The notes below the pieces were generated by a model. That model worked only from the letters and a program-made list of their open reading frames with translations, searched no databases and was not told the DNA's origin. 64,000 nucleotides of DNA from Thermoanaerobaculia bacterium (GTDB lineage Bacteria; Acidobacteriota; Thermoanaerobaculia; Multivoradales; JAHEKO01). Every line of letters begins with the position of its first letter. Positions within the stretch are counted from its first letter, which is position 1. The stretch is taken from contig JBAUDS010000369.1 in the NCBI GenBank assembly GCA_049678185.1, forward strand, positions 354 through 64,353, written 5' to 3'. Both the position numbers and the translations under genes were made by a program. Shown one piece after another: positions 27,500 through 40,612 of this stretch.

Positions 27500-28674
27500 C
27501 CGCCCACACCGGCCCCGGTCTCTATCTGCACCTGCCCTTCTGCTCCGCCATCTGCCCCTACTGCGATTTCTATGTGCTCACCGGTGACCCGGCGCGGCGG
27601 CGGCGCTTTGTCGACTCGCTGATCGCCGAGATCGCCCTCTGCGCCGGCGGCCGCTGGCCGGTGGTCGGAGACGAGTCGCCGGTCGAGCCGTTCGACACTC
27701 TCTATCTCGGTGGCGGCACCCCGTCGATCCTCGCTGGCGAGGAGCTCACCAGGACGCTCGAGGCTCTCCGCCTGGCGCTGCCGATCGCAGACGACGTCTG
27801 GATCTCTCTCGAGGCCAACCCCGAGGATGTGACACCCGCCAACCTCGCCGCCTGGCGCCAGATGGATGTGCGCTTCTTGAGTCTCGGTGTGCAGTCGTTT
27901 CAACAGGATAACCTCGACTTCCTCGGTCGCCGGCACACCTCCGAGCAGTCCCGCCGTAGTCTCGATCTGGCACTCGGTGCCGGCTTCCAAACCGTCTCGG
28001 TCGACCTCATCTACGGGCTCCCCCACCAGACCCGCGAGGGTTGGCGGCGGGAGCTGGAACAGGCCGTCGACTTCGGCCCCCAGCACCTCTCCTGCTACCA
28101 GCTCACCATCCACGAGCGCACCCCGTTTGGCTTCCGGCTAGAGCGCGGCGAGCTGGAGGAGCTGCCCGAGAGCGACCAGGCCGAGCTCTTTCTCTTCACC
28201 CACCGCTATCTCGCCGAGCACGGTCTCGACGGCTACGAGGTCTCCAACTTCGCCGCCGGCCCCGAGCACCGCTCCCGCCACAACCGGAAATACTGGGACC
28301 ACACCCCCTATCTCGGTCTCGGCCCCTCGGCCCACTCATTTGTCGGCAACCGTCGGTGGTGGAACGTGCGCAAGATCAAACCCTGGGAGGCGCGGCTCGA
28401 AGCCGGTAGCTCACCGGTCGAGACATCCGAAGAGCTGTCACCAACCGATCTCGCCCTCGAGCGGCTGATGCTGGCGCTGCGTACCAGCGACGGTCTCGAC
28501 CTCGACGCCTTCCAAGAGGCCTACGGCGTCGATGCGCTGGCAACGAATAGCGATGTCGTCGATCGTCACGTCCGCGCCGACCTCCTCACCTTCGAAAACG
28601 GCCACCTCACCCCTACTTTCGCCGGGCTGGCTGTGGCCGACACCTTGGCTCGCTCATTCGAGATCCCCGGCTGA
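27496..28674 (+). CDS. hemW: Radical-SAM heme chaperone HemW (HemN-like, oxygen-independent coproporphyrinogen oxidase family).
   Basis: CxxxCxxC radical-SAM motif (CSAICPYCDF) in the LYLHLPFC context. Conserved lepA-hemW synteny. TTG start overlapping the lepA stop. Confidence 0.85.
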   Translation: MTAHTGPGLYLHLPFCSAICPYCDFYVLTGDPARRRRFVDSLIAEIALCAGGRWPVVGDESPVEPFDTLYLGGGTPSILAGEELTRTLEALRLALPIADDVWISLEANPEDVTPANLAAWRQMDVRFLSLGVQSFQQDNLDFLGRRHTSEQSRRSLDLALGAGFQTVSVDLIYGLPHQTREGWRRELEQAVDFGPQHLSCYQLTIHERTPFGFRLERGELEELPESDQAELFLFTHRYLAEHGLDGYEVSNFAAGPEHRSRHNRKYWDHTPYLGLGPSAHSFVGNRRWWNVRKIKPWEARLEAGSSPVETSEELSPTDLALERLMLALRTSDGLDLDAFQEAYGVDALATNSDVVDRHVRADLLTFENGHLTPTFAGLAVADTLARSFEIPG

Positions 28675-28710
28675 AGCGCCGGCGGCGATATCATCGCCTA
28701 TCAGGAGGAG

Positions 28711-31764
<3,054 letters not shown>

Positions 31765-31767
31765 CCC

Positions 31768-31953
31768 CTAGTCTGTTTCTGGTCTTGCTTGATACTCGAT
31801 GAAGGCCTGCCGAACCCGGTCCCGCCGGTAGGCCTCGACGCGCTCGGACAGAGCCCGGAGCACCTCGCCGATCGGCTTCTGGTAGCGCCGGTACTGGCAA
31901 AACACGTAGGCCACGATCAAGACAACCAAGAGAATCTGGGAGGTGCTGTCCAT
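31768..31953 (-). CDS. Hypothetical small single-TM protein (61 aa).
   Basis: MDSTSQILLVVLIVAYVFCQYRRYQKPIGEV... has an N-terminal TM helix, genome-like codon usage, and abuts the BNR gene end. No domain assigned. Confidence 0.3.
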   Translation of the reverse strand: MDSTSQILLVVLIVAYVFCQYRRYQKPIGEVLRALSERVEAYRRDRVRQAFIEYQARPETD

Positions 31954-32520
31954 CGCTTATATCTCCAGTGCCGGTCTCTCCTTTCCCAAACTCCCAACCC
32001 GACTATGTGACCCGAGGCACCCGACTCGCAATGACAGGCTTCACTCCTCCGAGGAGAATCCGTTCCAACTCGGCCGATTGCCGAACAAAGGAGCACCAGC
32101 GGCTGTCTCGGAGCTCACCCGGTCAAAATTCCAGGTATCTGCTGGGGACTCGCGATGCGCGGGCCATCGGGATCAGGAGACCCTGGTCATGCCGGGACAG
32201 CTTGTGCGAAAAGCCAGGGAATACCTGGCGAAAACGGGCATCGTTCTCCGAGAGCTAGCGCATGGCCTGGACATCCATGACCTGGTCGCCGTCGAAGACG
32301 ACGGCACCGAACCAAGGTAACGCCGCCGGTGCACGGTGCCAATGAGAGGGATCACAGCCCCAACCTGCCCGGACCCCACACATTCGTTCACCACCATTTG
32401 CGCTCTGCTAGCATTCGACAAGCGCGCTTTAGACGGCGAAGCGATGTTTGAACGGGAGACCTGCCCCAGGCGGCGCGCTCTCTCGGGCAGGGTTCCCGTT
32501 CCAGGAGGCCACGGGAGCAA

Positions 32521-34998
32521 GTGGACACGGCTCGATCGATCCGACGAATTGTCCTGGCCAGTCTGGGGATCGGTCTGCTCGCCACCTCCACCATTTCTGC
32601 ACAAGAAGCCCCCGGGCCCGAGACTGTCACCAGGACCGTGACGCTCGCGGTCGAGGTGCCGCGGGCACTCCACTCGACGGATCTCCAAGCGGGCGATCTC
32701 GAGGTCTTCTACGACGGCGTTTCACAACCGGCCGTCGGGCTCCGCCAACCGTCCGCGGACCGGGCGGGTGACTCCCCAGGCGACTGGCAGGTGGTCGTCT
32801 ATTTCGACGCACCTCTCAGCACCCCGGAAGGTCTCAAGATCGCGGCGCGCACCCTGGCACGCCAGGCCGAGTCTCTGATCACGCTGGGCCCGGTCGAGGT
32901 CGTCCTCGCCGACCCCCTCCCCCGTCTTTTTCTGGCCGCGAGCCGGAGCTCGACCGAAGTCGAGGAGGCCTTGAAGGATGTCCCGCTCGACTCGTTTGCC
33001 GCCGGTGAGCTGGCCTGGCTGCGTCAGCGCTTTCTCGCCGCCGTCGACAGTGCCGACTCGGAGACGGTGGCCAACCATGCCCTCGGCCAGGAGGTCGCGC
33101 TGCTCGAGCAGCAGCGTAGCGGTCTGCTCCGTTGGCTCGCCGACCGGCCGAGTCGAGGTCCGCGGGTCGTCTTTCTGGTGCAGAACGGTTTTGATCTCAA
33201 TCCTCGGGAGTTCTATCTGGAGCGGGTCGGTCGCACCTTCTACGAGGACCCGCGCAGCGAGATCGCCCACACCGACCTCGCCCGCACCCTGGCTGCCGAG
33301 GGTTGGATCGCCGTCGTGCTGGCCATGGGTAACACGCCCGAGGAGCTGACCGAGCCCCTGGCCCCGCTCGACGAGCTGAGAGAGGCCACCGCCGGAGTGA
33401 TCGTCCACCGGCCAAAGAAGCTGGCGCCGACCTTGGAAGACCTGGCCCAACGTCACCTGCTGACGGTCGCGTTGAGCGGTGAGGCCGACGGCGAGCCGCG
33501 CAGCCTCGAGGTGCGGCATCGGCAAACGGGCAGGAGGCTGAGCACTTCGGCTTGGACCGCGGTTTCGACGCCAAGGGCCCTCGCCGAGCTGACGGCCGCG
33601 CCGGATGCGGACGCGACCGGGGTGGCTGCGTCTACCTCGTCGGTGGTCAAGCCGGTCATCCGGCTCCTGCGGCCGGAAGCGACGGCCCTGGCCGGGCTCA
33701 CTCGCTTTCGCACCGTCACCGGTCGGCGCCAGATCGAGCGGGTCGCCTTCTACCTCGATGGTAAGGAGGTCGTGATCGACGAGCGAGGTCCGTTCTCGGC
33801 CGTCATCGATCTCGGCCCCTCGCCGCGCCCTTGCACCCTGGAAGCGGTCGCCTTCTCGCCCAGCGGCAGACGGCTCGGGGTGGACGCTATCGACCTCAAC
33901 ACCACGGTCGACCCCCTCGAGGTGGCGATCACCGACATCGTGGCCAGACCCGAGGCGGGGATCCTCGAGATCGAAGCCGATGTGAAGACACCGGCCGGTG
34001 CCGAGTTGGATAGGGTCGAATTCTTCTTCGACGAGAATCTCGAGCTCACCCTGAACTCATCGCCCTACCGCGCCCAGCTCCCGCTGCCCGAGACCGACGA
34101 CAACGACTACGTCAAGGTCGTGGCCCATCTGACCGACGGCTCTTGGGCGGAGACCGCCAAGCTCGTCGCCTCGTCCGCGGCGACCGCAGACGTGCTGGAT
34201 GTCAACCTGGTCGAGCTGTTGGCGGTGGTCACCCCACGCAACCGGGATTCGCTCCCACTCCTGGAGCAAAGCGATTTTTCGATTCGACGCAAGGACAAGC
34301 TGCTGCCGGTTCAGCGATTTGCCCGCTGGGACGATCTGCCCCTGGCTCTGGGCCTGGTGATCGACACCTCCGACAGCATGGAGCCGCTGCTGGCAAAAGC
34401 TCACGCCGCGGCGGAGCGCTTTTTCGAACAGGTCCTACGCCCAGGGGATCGGGCGTTCGTCGTCGACTTCGACACCATGCCCCGGATGACCGGTCGCGCC
34501 ACGGACGACAAAGACGAGTTGCTCCACAGCCTCGAGGGGCTCGACGCCAAGGGCAACACCGCTCTCTACGACGCCATCGTCTACTCGCTACTGCAATTCG
34601 ACAGCTCGCCCGGACGCAAGGCGGTGGTGGTGCTCACCGATGGCAAGGACTACGTCAGCCGTTATCAGCCGAGCGACTGCATCCGCCAGGCTCGGCTGCA
34701 GGGGGTGCCGGTCTACCTCATCGCCCTGGGCGCTCCACCCGATCTGCGGCAAGAACCCTCGCAGATGAGAAATGTAAAGATCGCCACCGAGACCGGCGGC
34801 AAGGTCTTCTACCTCACCGATCTCGACGATCTGGACCGGGTCTATGAGAGGATCGACGAAGAGCTGCGAAGCCAGTTCTTCCTCGCCTTCTCAACCGATC
34901 ATGCCCTGACCCAAAAGGAGCTCCGTGACGTCAAGGTCGAGGTGAGGCAAAAGGGACTCGCGGTGCGGACTCTCCTCGCCAGGAGCCACACTCCATAA
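32521..34998 (+). CDS. Secreted von Willebrand factor A (VWA) domain protein (Acidobacterial VWFA-related family-like), 825 aa.
   Basis: Signal peptide. C-terminal VWA domain with MIDAS motif (LALGLVIDTSDSM ... GNTALYDAI ... VVVLTDGKD). Its C-terminal tail is homologous to the second VWA protein at 48636-50063. GTG start with a GGGAG Shine-Dalgarno. Confidence 0.8.
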   Translation: MDTARSIRRIVLASLGIGLLATSTISAQEAPGPETVTRTVTLAVEVPRALHSTDLQAGDLEVFYDGVSQPAVGLRQPSADRAGDSPGDWQVVVYFDAPLSTPEGLKIAARTLARQAESLITLGPVEVVLADPLPRLFLAASRSSTEVEEALKDVPLDSFAAGELAWLRQRFLAAVDSADSETVANHALGQEVALLEQQRSGLLRWLADRPSRGPRVVFLVQNGFDLNPREFYLERVGRTFYEDPRSEIAHTDLARTLAAEGWIAVVLAMGNTPEELTEPLAPLDELREATAGVIVHRPKKLAPTLEDLAQRHLLTVALSGEADGEPRSLEVRHRQTGRRLSTSAWTAVSTPRALAELTAAPDADATGVAASTSSVVKPVIRLLRPEATALAGLTRFRTVTGRRQIERVAFYLDGKEVVIDERGPFSAVIDLGPSPRPCTLEAVAFSPSGRRLGVDAIDLNTTVDPLEVAITDIVARPEAGILEIEADVKTPAGAELDRVEFFFDENLELTLNSSPYRAQLPLPETDDNDYVKVVAHLTDGSWAETAKLVASSAATADVLDVNLVELLAVVTPRNRDSLPLLEQSDFSIRRKDKLLPVQRFARWDDLPLALGLVIDTSDSMEPLLAKAHAAAERFFEQVLRPGDRAFVVDFDTMPRMTGRATDDKDELLHSLEGLDAKGNTALYDAIVYSLLQFDSSPGRKAVVVLTDGKDYVSRYQPSDCIRQARLQGVPVYLIALGAPPDLRQEPSQMRNVKIATETGGKVFYLTDLDDLDRVYERIDEELRSQFFLAFSTDHALTQKELRDVKVEVRQKGLAVRTLLARSHTP

Positions 34999-35008
34999 CC
35001 CACGCAAA

Positions 35009-35896
35009 ATGAAACCGGCTCCCTTCGACTACACGGCGCCAGACTCGCTCGCGGGTGCCCTCGCTCTCCTCGGCGAGCACGGGTACGACGCCAAGCTGCT
35101 GGCCGGTGGTCAGAGTCTGGTGCCGTTGCTCAACTTTCGATTGGCCAAACCGTCGCTGCTGATCGATCTCAACCGGCTCTCCGATCTCGACTATGTCCGG
35201 CCTAGCGACGACGGCGGCTTACGGATTGGTGCGCTGACCCGGCAACGACGTCTCGAGCGGGATCCATTGGTGGCCGAGTGCGCCCCCCTGCTCCATGAGA
35301 CGGTCCCCTTCATCGCCCACCCCCAGATCCGCAACCGCGGCACCGTCGGCGGCAGCCTCGTCCACGCCGACCCCGCCGCCGAGCTGCCGGTGGCCGCGGT
35401 GGCGCTGGAGGCCCGCTTCCGGCTCCAGAGCGCCCGCGGCGAGCGCTGGGTCGCCGCTGAGGACTTCTTTGTCAGCCTCTTCACCACCGACCTGGCTCCC
35501 GAGGAGATGCTGGTGGAGGTGGAGATCCCGCCCTCACCGCCGCGGACCGGTTGGTGCTTTATGGAGATCTCCCGCCGTCTGGGCGACTATGCCCAGGCCG
35601 GGGTGGCAGCTGGAATCACGCTCGACGAGAACGGCGCCTGCGGCCGGGCCAGACTCGTCTACTTGAGCGCCGGAGACGTGCCGGTGGTGGCGTCCGAGGC
35701 AGCGCGGGTACTCGAGACCGACGGCCTCGGCGAGGAGTCGATCCGCGCGGCGGCCGAAGTGGTGGCCGCCAAGGAAGTCGAGCCCACCGATGACATCCAT
35801 GCCACGGCCGCCTTCAAGCGGCACCTTTTCCATGTGCTGACGCGGCGCGCCGTCGCCACCGCGGCCGAGCGTGCCGCCAACGGGGGGCAAGCATGA
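35009..35896 (+). CDS. Molybdenum hydroxylase (xanthine dehydrogenase / CO-dehydrogenase family) FAD-binding subunit (CoxM/CutM-like).
   Basis: FAD-binding-5 domain (LLAGGQSLVPLLNFRLAKPSLLIDL...IRNRGTVGGSLVHADPAAELP) and CO-dehydrogenase flavoprotein C-terminal domain. Confidence 0.85.
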   Translation: MKPAPFDYTAPDSLAGALALLGEHGYDAKLLAGGQSLVPLLNFRLAKPSLLIDLNRLSDLDYVRPSDDGGLRIGALTRQRRLERDPLVAECAPLLHETVPFIAHPQIRNRGTVGGSLVHADPAAELPVAAVALEARFRLQSARGERWVAAEDFFVSLFTTDLAPEEMLVEVEIPPSPPRTGWCFMEISRRLGDYAQAGVAAGITLDENGACGRARLVYLSAGDVPVVASEAARVLETDGLGEESIRAAAEVVAAKEVEPTDDIHATAAFKRHLFHVLTRRAVATAAERAANGGQA

Positions 35897-36375
35897 CCAG
35901 CGTGGAGGTCACGGTCAACGGCAAGCGGTACAGCCGCACCGTCGAGCCACGGCTGCTGTTGAGCGACTTTCTCCGTCACGAGCTGGGTCTGACCGGCACC
36001 CATGTCGGCTGTGAGCATGGCGTCTGCGGTGCCTGTACGGTGCTGCTCGACGGCGAGCCGGTCCGCTCCTGTCTGTTGCTGGCGGTCCAGGTCGATAGTC
36101 ACGAGCTGAAGACGGTCGAGGGTCTCGCCGAGAGCATGGACCAGCTACACCCGCTGCAGGAGGCCTTCCGCGAAGCCCACGGGCTGCAGTGTGGCTTCTG
36201 CACCGCCGGCATCCTCATGACGCTGGAGCCGTTCTTGGAGGACAACCGGGAACCGTCGGAGGAGGAGATCCGTCACGCGCTGTCGGGCAACCTCTGCCGC
36301 TGCACCGGCTACCAGCACATCGTCGACGCGGTGAAGCTGGCGGCCGAGAAGATGGGATCGCCATCGGAGAGATGA
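35893..36375 (+). CDS. Molybdenum hydroxylase (2Fe-2S)-binding small subunit (CoxS-like).
   Basis: Plant-type ferredoxin Cys cluster (GCEHGVCGACTV) plus second cluster (CGFCTAG...CRCTGY). Its ATG overlaps the FAD-subunit stop (ATGA). Confidence 0.9.
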   Translation: MTSVEVTVNGKRYSRTVEPRLLLSDFLRHELGLTGTHVGCEHGVCGACTVLLDGEPVRSCLLLAVQVDSHELKTVEGLAESMDQLHPLQEAFREAHGLQCGFCTAGILMTLEPFLEDNREPSEEEIRHALSGNLCRCTGYQHIVDAVKLAAEKMGSPSER

Positions 36376-37685
36376 TCGACGACCGCGACACCCGACCGAT
36401 CGCGCGCGCGGCGCTGACCGCCGAAGCGCGCGACCTGCTCGGCACCCTCGACCTGCTGGAGAACCACTTCGCGCGCGAGGAGCCGCCGATCCAGGCCTTT
36501 GTTCCTGAAGAGGATCGTTTCGCGCGGCTCCGCCGGGACGCCGAAGAGCTCTTTACCCGGTTCCCGAGCTCCGAGGAGAGGCCACCCCTGTTTGGGGTTG
36601 CCATCGGCATCAAGGACATCTTTCATGTCGAGGGGCTGCCCACCCGCGCCGGATCCGACCTACCCGTGGAAGAGCTCGCGGGTGACGAGGCCGACTGCGT
36701 CACCGCGCTCAAGGGGGCAGGCGCCCTGGTGCTGGGCAAGACGGTGACCACCGAGTTCGCCTACTTCGCCCCCGGCCCGACCCGCAATCCGCGCCATCTC
36801 GAGCACACACCGGGTGGCTCGAGCTCCGGGTCGGCGGCGGCGGTGGCCGCCGGGCTCTGCCCGCTGGCCCTGGGCACTCAGACCATCGGCTCCATCTCGC
36901 GCCCGGCCTCCTACTGCGGCATCGTTGGTTTCAAACCGAGCTACGACCGGATCTCGCGCCAAGGGGTCATACCGTTGTCCCCCTCGCTCGATCACATAGG
37001 GATCCTGGCGGCCGATGTCGAGCTCGCCACCCGCGTGGCCGGGCTGCTCTGCAGCGATTGGCAAGAGAGTCGTCGGTCGTCGGTCGCCGGCCGTCGGCCG
37101 GTGTTGGGGATTCCCGAGGGGCCCTACCTCGAGCACGCCTCGGCCAAGGGTCTCGAGCATTTCAGACGCACCTGCAAGCTCCTGGAGGATGCCGGCTACA
37201 TGGTCCGGTCGGTGATGACCCTGGCCGATTTCCCGGTGGTCCAGGAACGGCATCTCACCATCATGGCCGCCGAGGCGGCGCAGGTGCACGCAGAGTGGTA
37301 CAAGCGATTCTGGGAGCTCTATGACACCCGAACCCGCGATCTCATCGAGCGAGGGACGGGGATCTTGGCCGCAAAATTGGAGGAGGCGCTGGCCGGCCGC
37401 CAGCGACTGCAGTCCGAGCTGGCCGACATCGCCGCCGCCAACGAGATCGATCTCTGGATCTCGCCAGCAGCCACCGGACCGGCACCGGCGGGTCTGGAGT
37501 CGACCGGGGACCCGATCATGAGTCTGCCCTGGAGCCAGGCCGGGTTGCCGACCGTCTGTCTGCCGACCGGGGACACCCTTTCGGGAATGCCGATGGGCCT
37601 CCAGGTGGCGGCCGGTTGGTATCAGGACGAGGAGCTGCTGGCATGGGCCGCTGAGATGGAGGAGGTGCTCGAGCCCGATGACTAG
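36372..37685 (+). CDS. Amidase-signature (AS) family amidase.
   Basis: GGSSSGSAAAVAAG Gly/Ser-rich AS motif. Catalytic Lys context (GIKDIF) and Ser-cisSer-Lys triad region. Its ATG overlaps the 2Fe-2S subunit stop (ATGA). Confidence 0.85.
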   Translation: MIDDRDTRPIARAALTAEARDLLGTLDLLENHFAREEPPIQAFVPEEDRFARLRRDAEELFTRFPSSEERPPLFGVAIGIKDIFHVEGLPTRAGSDLPVEELAGDEADCVTALKGAGALVLGKTVTTEFAYFAPGPTRNPRHLEHTPGGSSSGSAAAVAAGLCPLALGTQTIGSISRPASYCGIVGFKPSYDRISRQGVIPLSPSLDHIGILAADVELATRVAGLLCSDWQESRRSSVAGRRPVLGIPEGPYLEHASAKGLEHFRRTCKLLEDAGYMVRSVMTLADFPVVQERHLTIMAAEAAQVHAEWYKRFWELYDTRTRDLIERGTGILAAKLEEALAGRQRLQSELADIAAANEIDLWISPAATGPAPAGLESTGDPIMSLPWSQAGLPTVCLPTGDTLSGMPMGLQVAAGWYQDEELLAWAAEMEEVLEPDD

Positions 37686-39366
37686 AGTTGTCCGTTGCGA
37701 GATCCGGTCGGGCGCCTATGCCGATTCGATCGTCCTCATGCAGCTGCAGAGCGCGCTGACCCGGCTGCCCGGTGTGATCGACGCCGGGGTGATCATGGGG
37801 ACACCGGTCAACCTCGATCTTCTGGCGTCCAACGACCTGCTGCCGGAGTCCGCCGCCGCGGCCGGTGCCGACGACATGGTGGTGGTCGTCAAGGCCGAGA
37901 GTGACGAGGCGGCAACCGATGCCCTCGCCCAGATCGACACCCTGCTGGCACGCCGGAGCACCGCCGGCGATCAGGAGCACCGACCCCGCAGTCTGGCCGC
38001 GGCGATCAAGGCCCGGCCCGATTCCAACTGGGTGCTGATCTCGGTGCCGGGCCGTTGGGCCGCCGGTGTGGCACGCGAAGCCGTCGACCTGGGTCGCCAT
38101 GTCTTTCTCTACAGCGACAACGTCCCGCTCGAGGATGAGATCCAGCTCAAGCAGGAGGCCGCGGCCAAGGGTCTCCTCTTCCTCGGCCCCGACTGTGGCA
38201 CCACCATCGTCAACGGCGTCGGTCTGGGTTTTGCCAACCGGGTGCGCCGCGGTGCCATCGGTCTGGTAGGAGCTTCCGGCACCGGTCTCCAGGCTGTCAC
38301 CAGCCGCATCCACGAGCTGGGCGGCGGCATCTCTCATGCCCTCGGCACCGGCGGCCGGGATCTGACCGCCGAGGTGGGCGGGATCACGGCTCACGAGACC
38401 CTGGATCTCCTCGCCCGGGATCCGGACACCCGCGTCATTGTTCTGGTCTCCAAGCCCCCCGCGCCGAGGGTGGCCGCCGGTCTGCTGTCCGCGGCGCGGG
38501 CCACCGGCAAGCCGGTTGTGGTTCACTTCTTCGACTTTGTTCCGCCGGCGCGCAGCCTGGACAATCTCCATTTCACCACCAGTCTGAGTCGCGCCGCCGA
38601 GTTGGCCGTCGAGCTACTCGAGAGTGGCACCGAGCCAGCCTCCAAGGCCGAGATCGCCGACAGAGAACACCACCCCGGTCGTCTCCGCGGACTCTTCGCC
38701 GGGGGCTCCCTGGCGGTGGAGGCGCAAGAAGGACTGCGGCCGTTCCTCACCCCCCTGCACTCCAACGTGCCGGTGTCGGGGGTGGAACGCCTCACCGACC
38801 CGACCCGGAGCCAGGGACACACCATCCTCGATCTGGGGTCCGACGAGCTCACCGTCGGTCGGCTCCACCCGATGATGGACCAGCAGCTGCGGATCGACCG
38901 CTTGCACCAGGAAGCCGCCGACCCCGATGTGGGGCTGCTGCTGCTCGACGTGGTCCTCGGCTACGGCGCCCACCCCGACCCGGCGGCGGAGCTGGTGCCG
39001 GCGATCGAAGAGATCCGTCGCCGGCGAGAGGTCGAAATCGTGGCGGTGGTCATCGGCACCGATGAGGACGCGCAGGAGATCTCCTCGCAGATCGAGAGGC
39101 TGACCGCGGCCGGTGCCCGGGTCTTCCGCACCATCACCGAGGCCACTACCTACATCAGCCGGGTCCTGGCGGCCAGGAGACCCACCGGCGGCACACCGGT
39201 GGCGCTCGAGGTTCTGTCCTCCCCGATGGTGGCAATCAACGTCGGTCTCGAGACCTTCTACGACAGTCTCACCGGACAAGGGGTGCAGGCGATACAGCTC
39301 GAGTGGCGCCCGCCGGCAGGCGGCGATGCCCAGCTGATCTCGATCCTGGAAAGGATGAAAAAGTGA
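37678..39366 (+). CDS. fdrA: FdrA family protein (succinyl-CoA-synthetase-alpha-like CoA-binding / ligase-CoA domains).
   Basis: 562 aa. CoA-binding Rossmann segment (VLISVPGRWAAGVAREAVDLGRHVFLYSDNV), then GPDCGTTIVNGVGLGFAN and a second ligase-CoA-like half, as in E. coli FdrA. Overlaps the amidase stop by 8 nt. Confidence 0.75.
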   Translation: MTRVVRCEIRSGAYADSIVLMQLQSALTRLPGVIDAGVIMGTPVNLDLLASNDLLPESAAAAGADDMVVVVKAESDEAATDALAQIDTLLARRSTAGDQEHRPRSLAAAIKARPDSNWVLISVPGRWAAGVAREAVDLGRHVFLYSDNVPLEDEIQLKQEAAAKGLLFLGPDCGTTIVNGVGLGFANRVRRGAIGLVGASGTGLQAVTSRIHELGGGISHALGTGGRDLTAEVGGITAHETLDLLARDPDTRVIVLVSKPPAPRVAAGLLSAARATGKPVVVHFFDFVPPARSLDNLHFTTSLSRAAELAVELLESGTEPASKAEIADREHHPGRLRGLFAGGSLAVEAQEGLRPFLTPLHSNVPVSGVERLTDPTRSQGHTILDLGSDELTVGRLHPMMDQQLRIDRLHQEAADPDVGLLLLDVVLGYGAHPDPAAELVPAIEEIRRRREVEIVAVVIGTDEDAQEISSQIERLTAAGARVFRTITEATTYISRVLAARRPTGGTPVALEVLSSPMVAINVGLETFYDSLTGQGVQAIQLEWRPPAGGDAQLISILERMKK

Positions 39367-40604
39367 GCATCGATCAGGCCAATCAGAAAGCCGTCGAGCG
39401 GATGACGTCGGCCCGGCCGATGCTGACCGGGGTCGATACCGCCAGGGAGGTCATCCCCGGCCTCGGCGAGCGGATGCTTCTCCACGCCGGACCGCCGATC
39501 ACCTGGGACCGGATGTCCGGGCCACTCAAAGGGGCGGTCATCGGCGCCATCCTCTACGAGGGCTGGGCCGAGGACGAGACCAGGGCCGCCTCCATGGCCG
39601 AGGAGGGCGAGGTGGCCTTCGAGCCCTGCCACCACCATCAAGCGGTGGGCCCGATGGCTGGGGTCATCTCCCCGTCGATGGCGGTCTACGTGCTGGAGAA
39701 CATCACCCACGGCAACCGGGCCTTCTCCAACCTCAACGAGGGTTACGGCAAGGTGCTTCGCTATGGTGCCTACAGCTCCGAGGTCCTCGACAAGCTCCGC
39801 TGGATGAACGAGCAGATGGCGCCCGTTCTCGCCGCAGCTCTGGCGGAAACTGAAGGACTCGACATCCGCGCGCTCCTGGCCGAGGCGCTCCACATGGGAG
39901 ACGAGGGGCACAATCGCAACAAGGCCGGCTCGCTCCTCTTCCTGAAGCTCCTGGCACCACTGGTCGCCAGGGTGGCCAAGAATAAGGCCACCGAGGAGCG
40001 CGTCCTCCAGTTCATCGGCGACAACGCACTCTCGGTTCTCAACCCGGTGATGGCCGCATGCAAGGCCATGGCCGACGCCGCGCATGGGATCGAGGCCTCG
40101 ACCCTGGTCACCACCATGGCCCGTAACGGCACCGACTTCGGCATCCGGGTGAGCGGTCTTGGCGACGACTGGTTCACCGCCCCCGCCCCCACCCCCGACG
40201 GGCTCTACTTCAGCGGTTTCTCGGCCGCTGACGCCAACCCGGACATAGGCGACTCGACCATCACCGAGACCGCCGGCATTGGCGCCTTTGCCATGGCGGC
40301 CGCGCCGGCCATCGTCACCTTTGTCAGCGGCACCCCCAGGGATGCCATCACCGCCACCCTGGAGATGTACGAGATCACCATCGCCGAGCACCCGCAATTC
40401 ACCATCCCGACGTTGGACTTTCGCGGCACACCCACGGGGATCGACATCCGCACCGTGGTCGAGCTGGGTATCACACCCCGGGTCAACACCGGTATCGCTC
40501 ACCGCGAGGCCGGGGTGGGTCAGGTGGGGGCCGGTCTGGTGCGACCGCCAAAAGAGGTCTTCGAGCAGGCGCTGGTCGCCTATGCGGAGCGCTATCAGCT
40601 GTAG
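39363..40604 (+). CDS. DUF1116 (YlbE-like) protein.
   Basis: About 413 aa. Architecture and the conserved HHHQAVGPMAG motif match the YlbE/DUF1116 family that partners FdrA. A GTG start overlaps the fdrA stop (GTGA). Confidence 0.75.
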   Translation: MSIDQANQKAVERMTSARPMLTGVDTAREVIPGLGERMLLHAGPPITWDRMSGPLKGAVIGAILYEGWAEDETRAASMAEEGEVAFEPCHHHQAVGPMAGVISPSMAVYVLENITHGNRAFSNLNEGYGKVLRYGAYSSEVLDKLRWMNEQMAPVLAAALAETEGLDIRALLAEALHMGDEGHNRNKAGSLLFLKLLAPLVARVAKNKATEERVLQFIGDNALSVLNPVMAACKAMADAAHGIEASTLVTTMARNGTDFGIRVSGLGDDWFTAPAPTPDGLYFSGFSAADANPDIGDSTITETAGIGAFAMAAAPAIVTFVSGTPRDAITATLEMYEITIAEHPQFTIPTLDFRGTPTGIDIRTVVELGITPRVNTGIAHREAGVGQVGAGLVRPPKEVFEQALVAYAERYQL

Positions 40605-40612
40605 GAGCCGAT

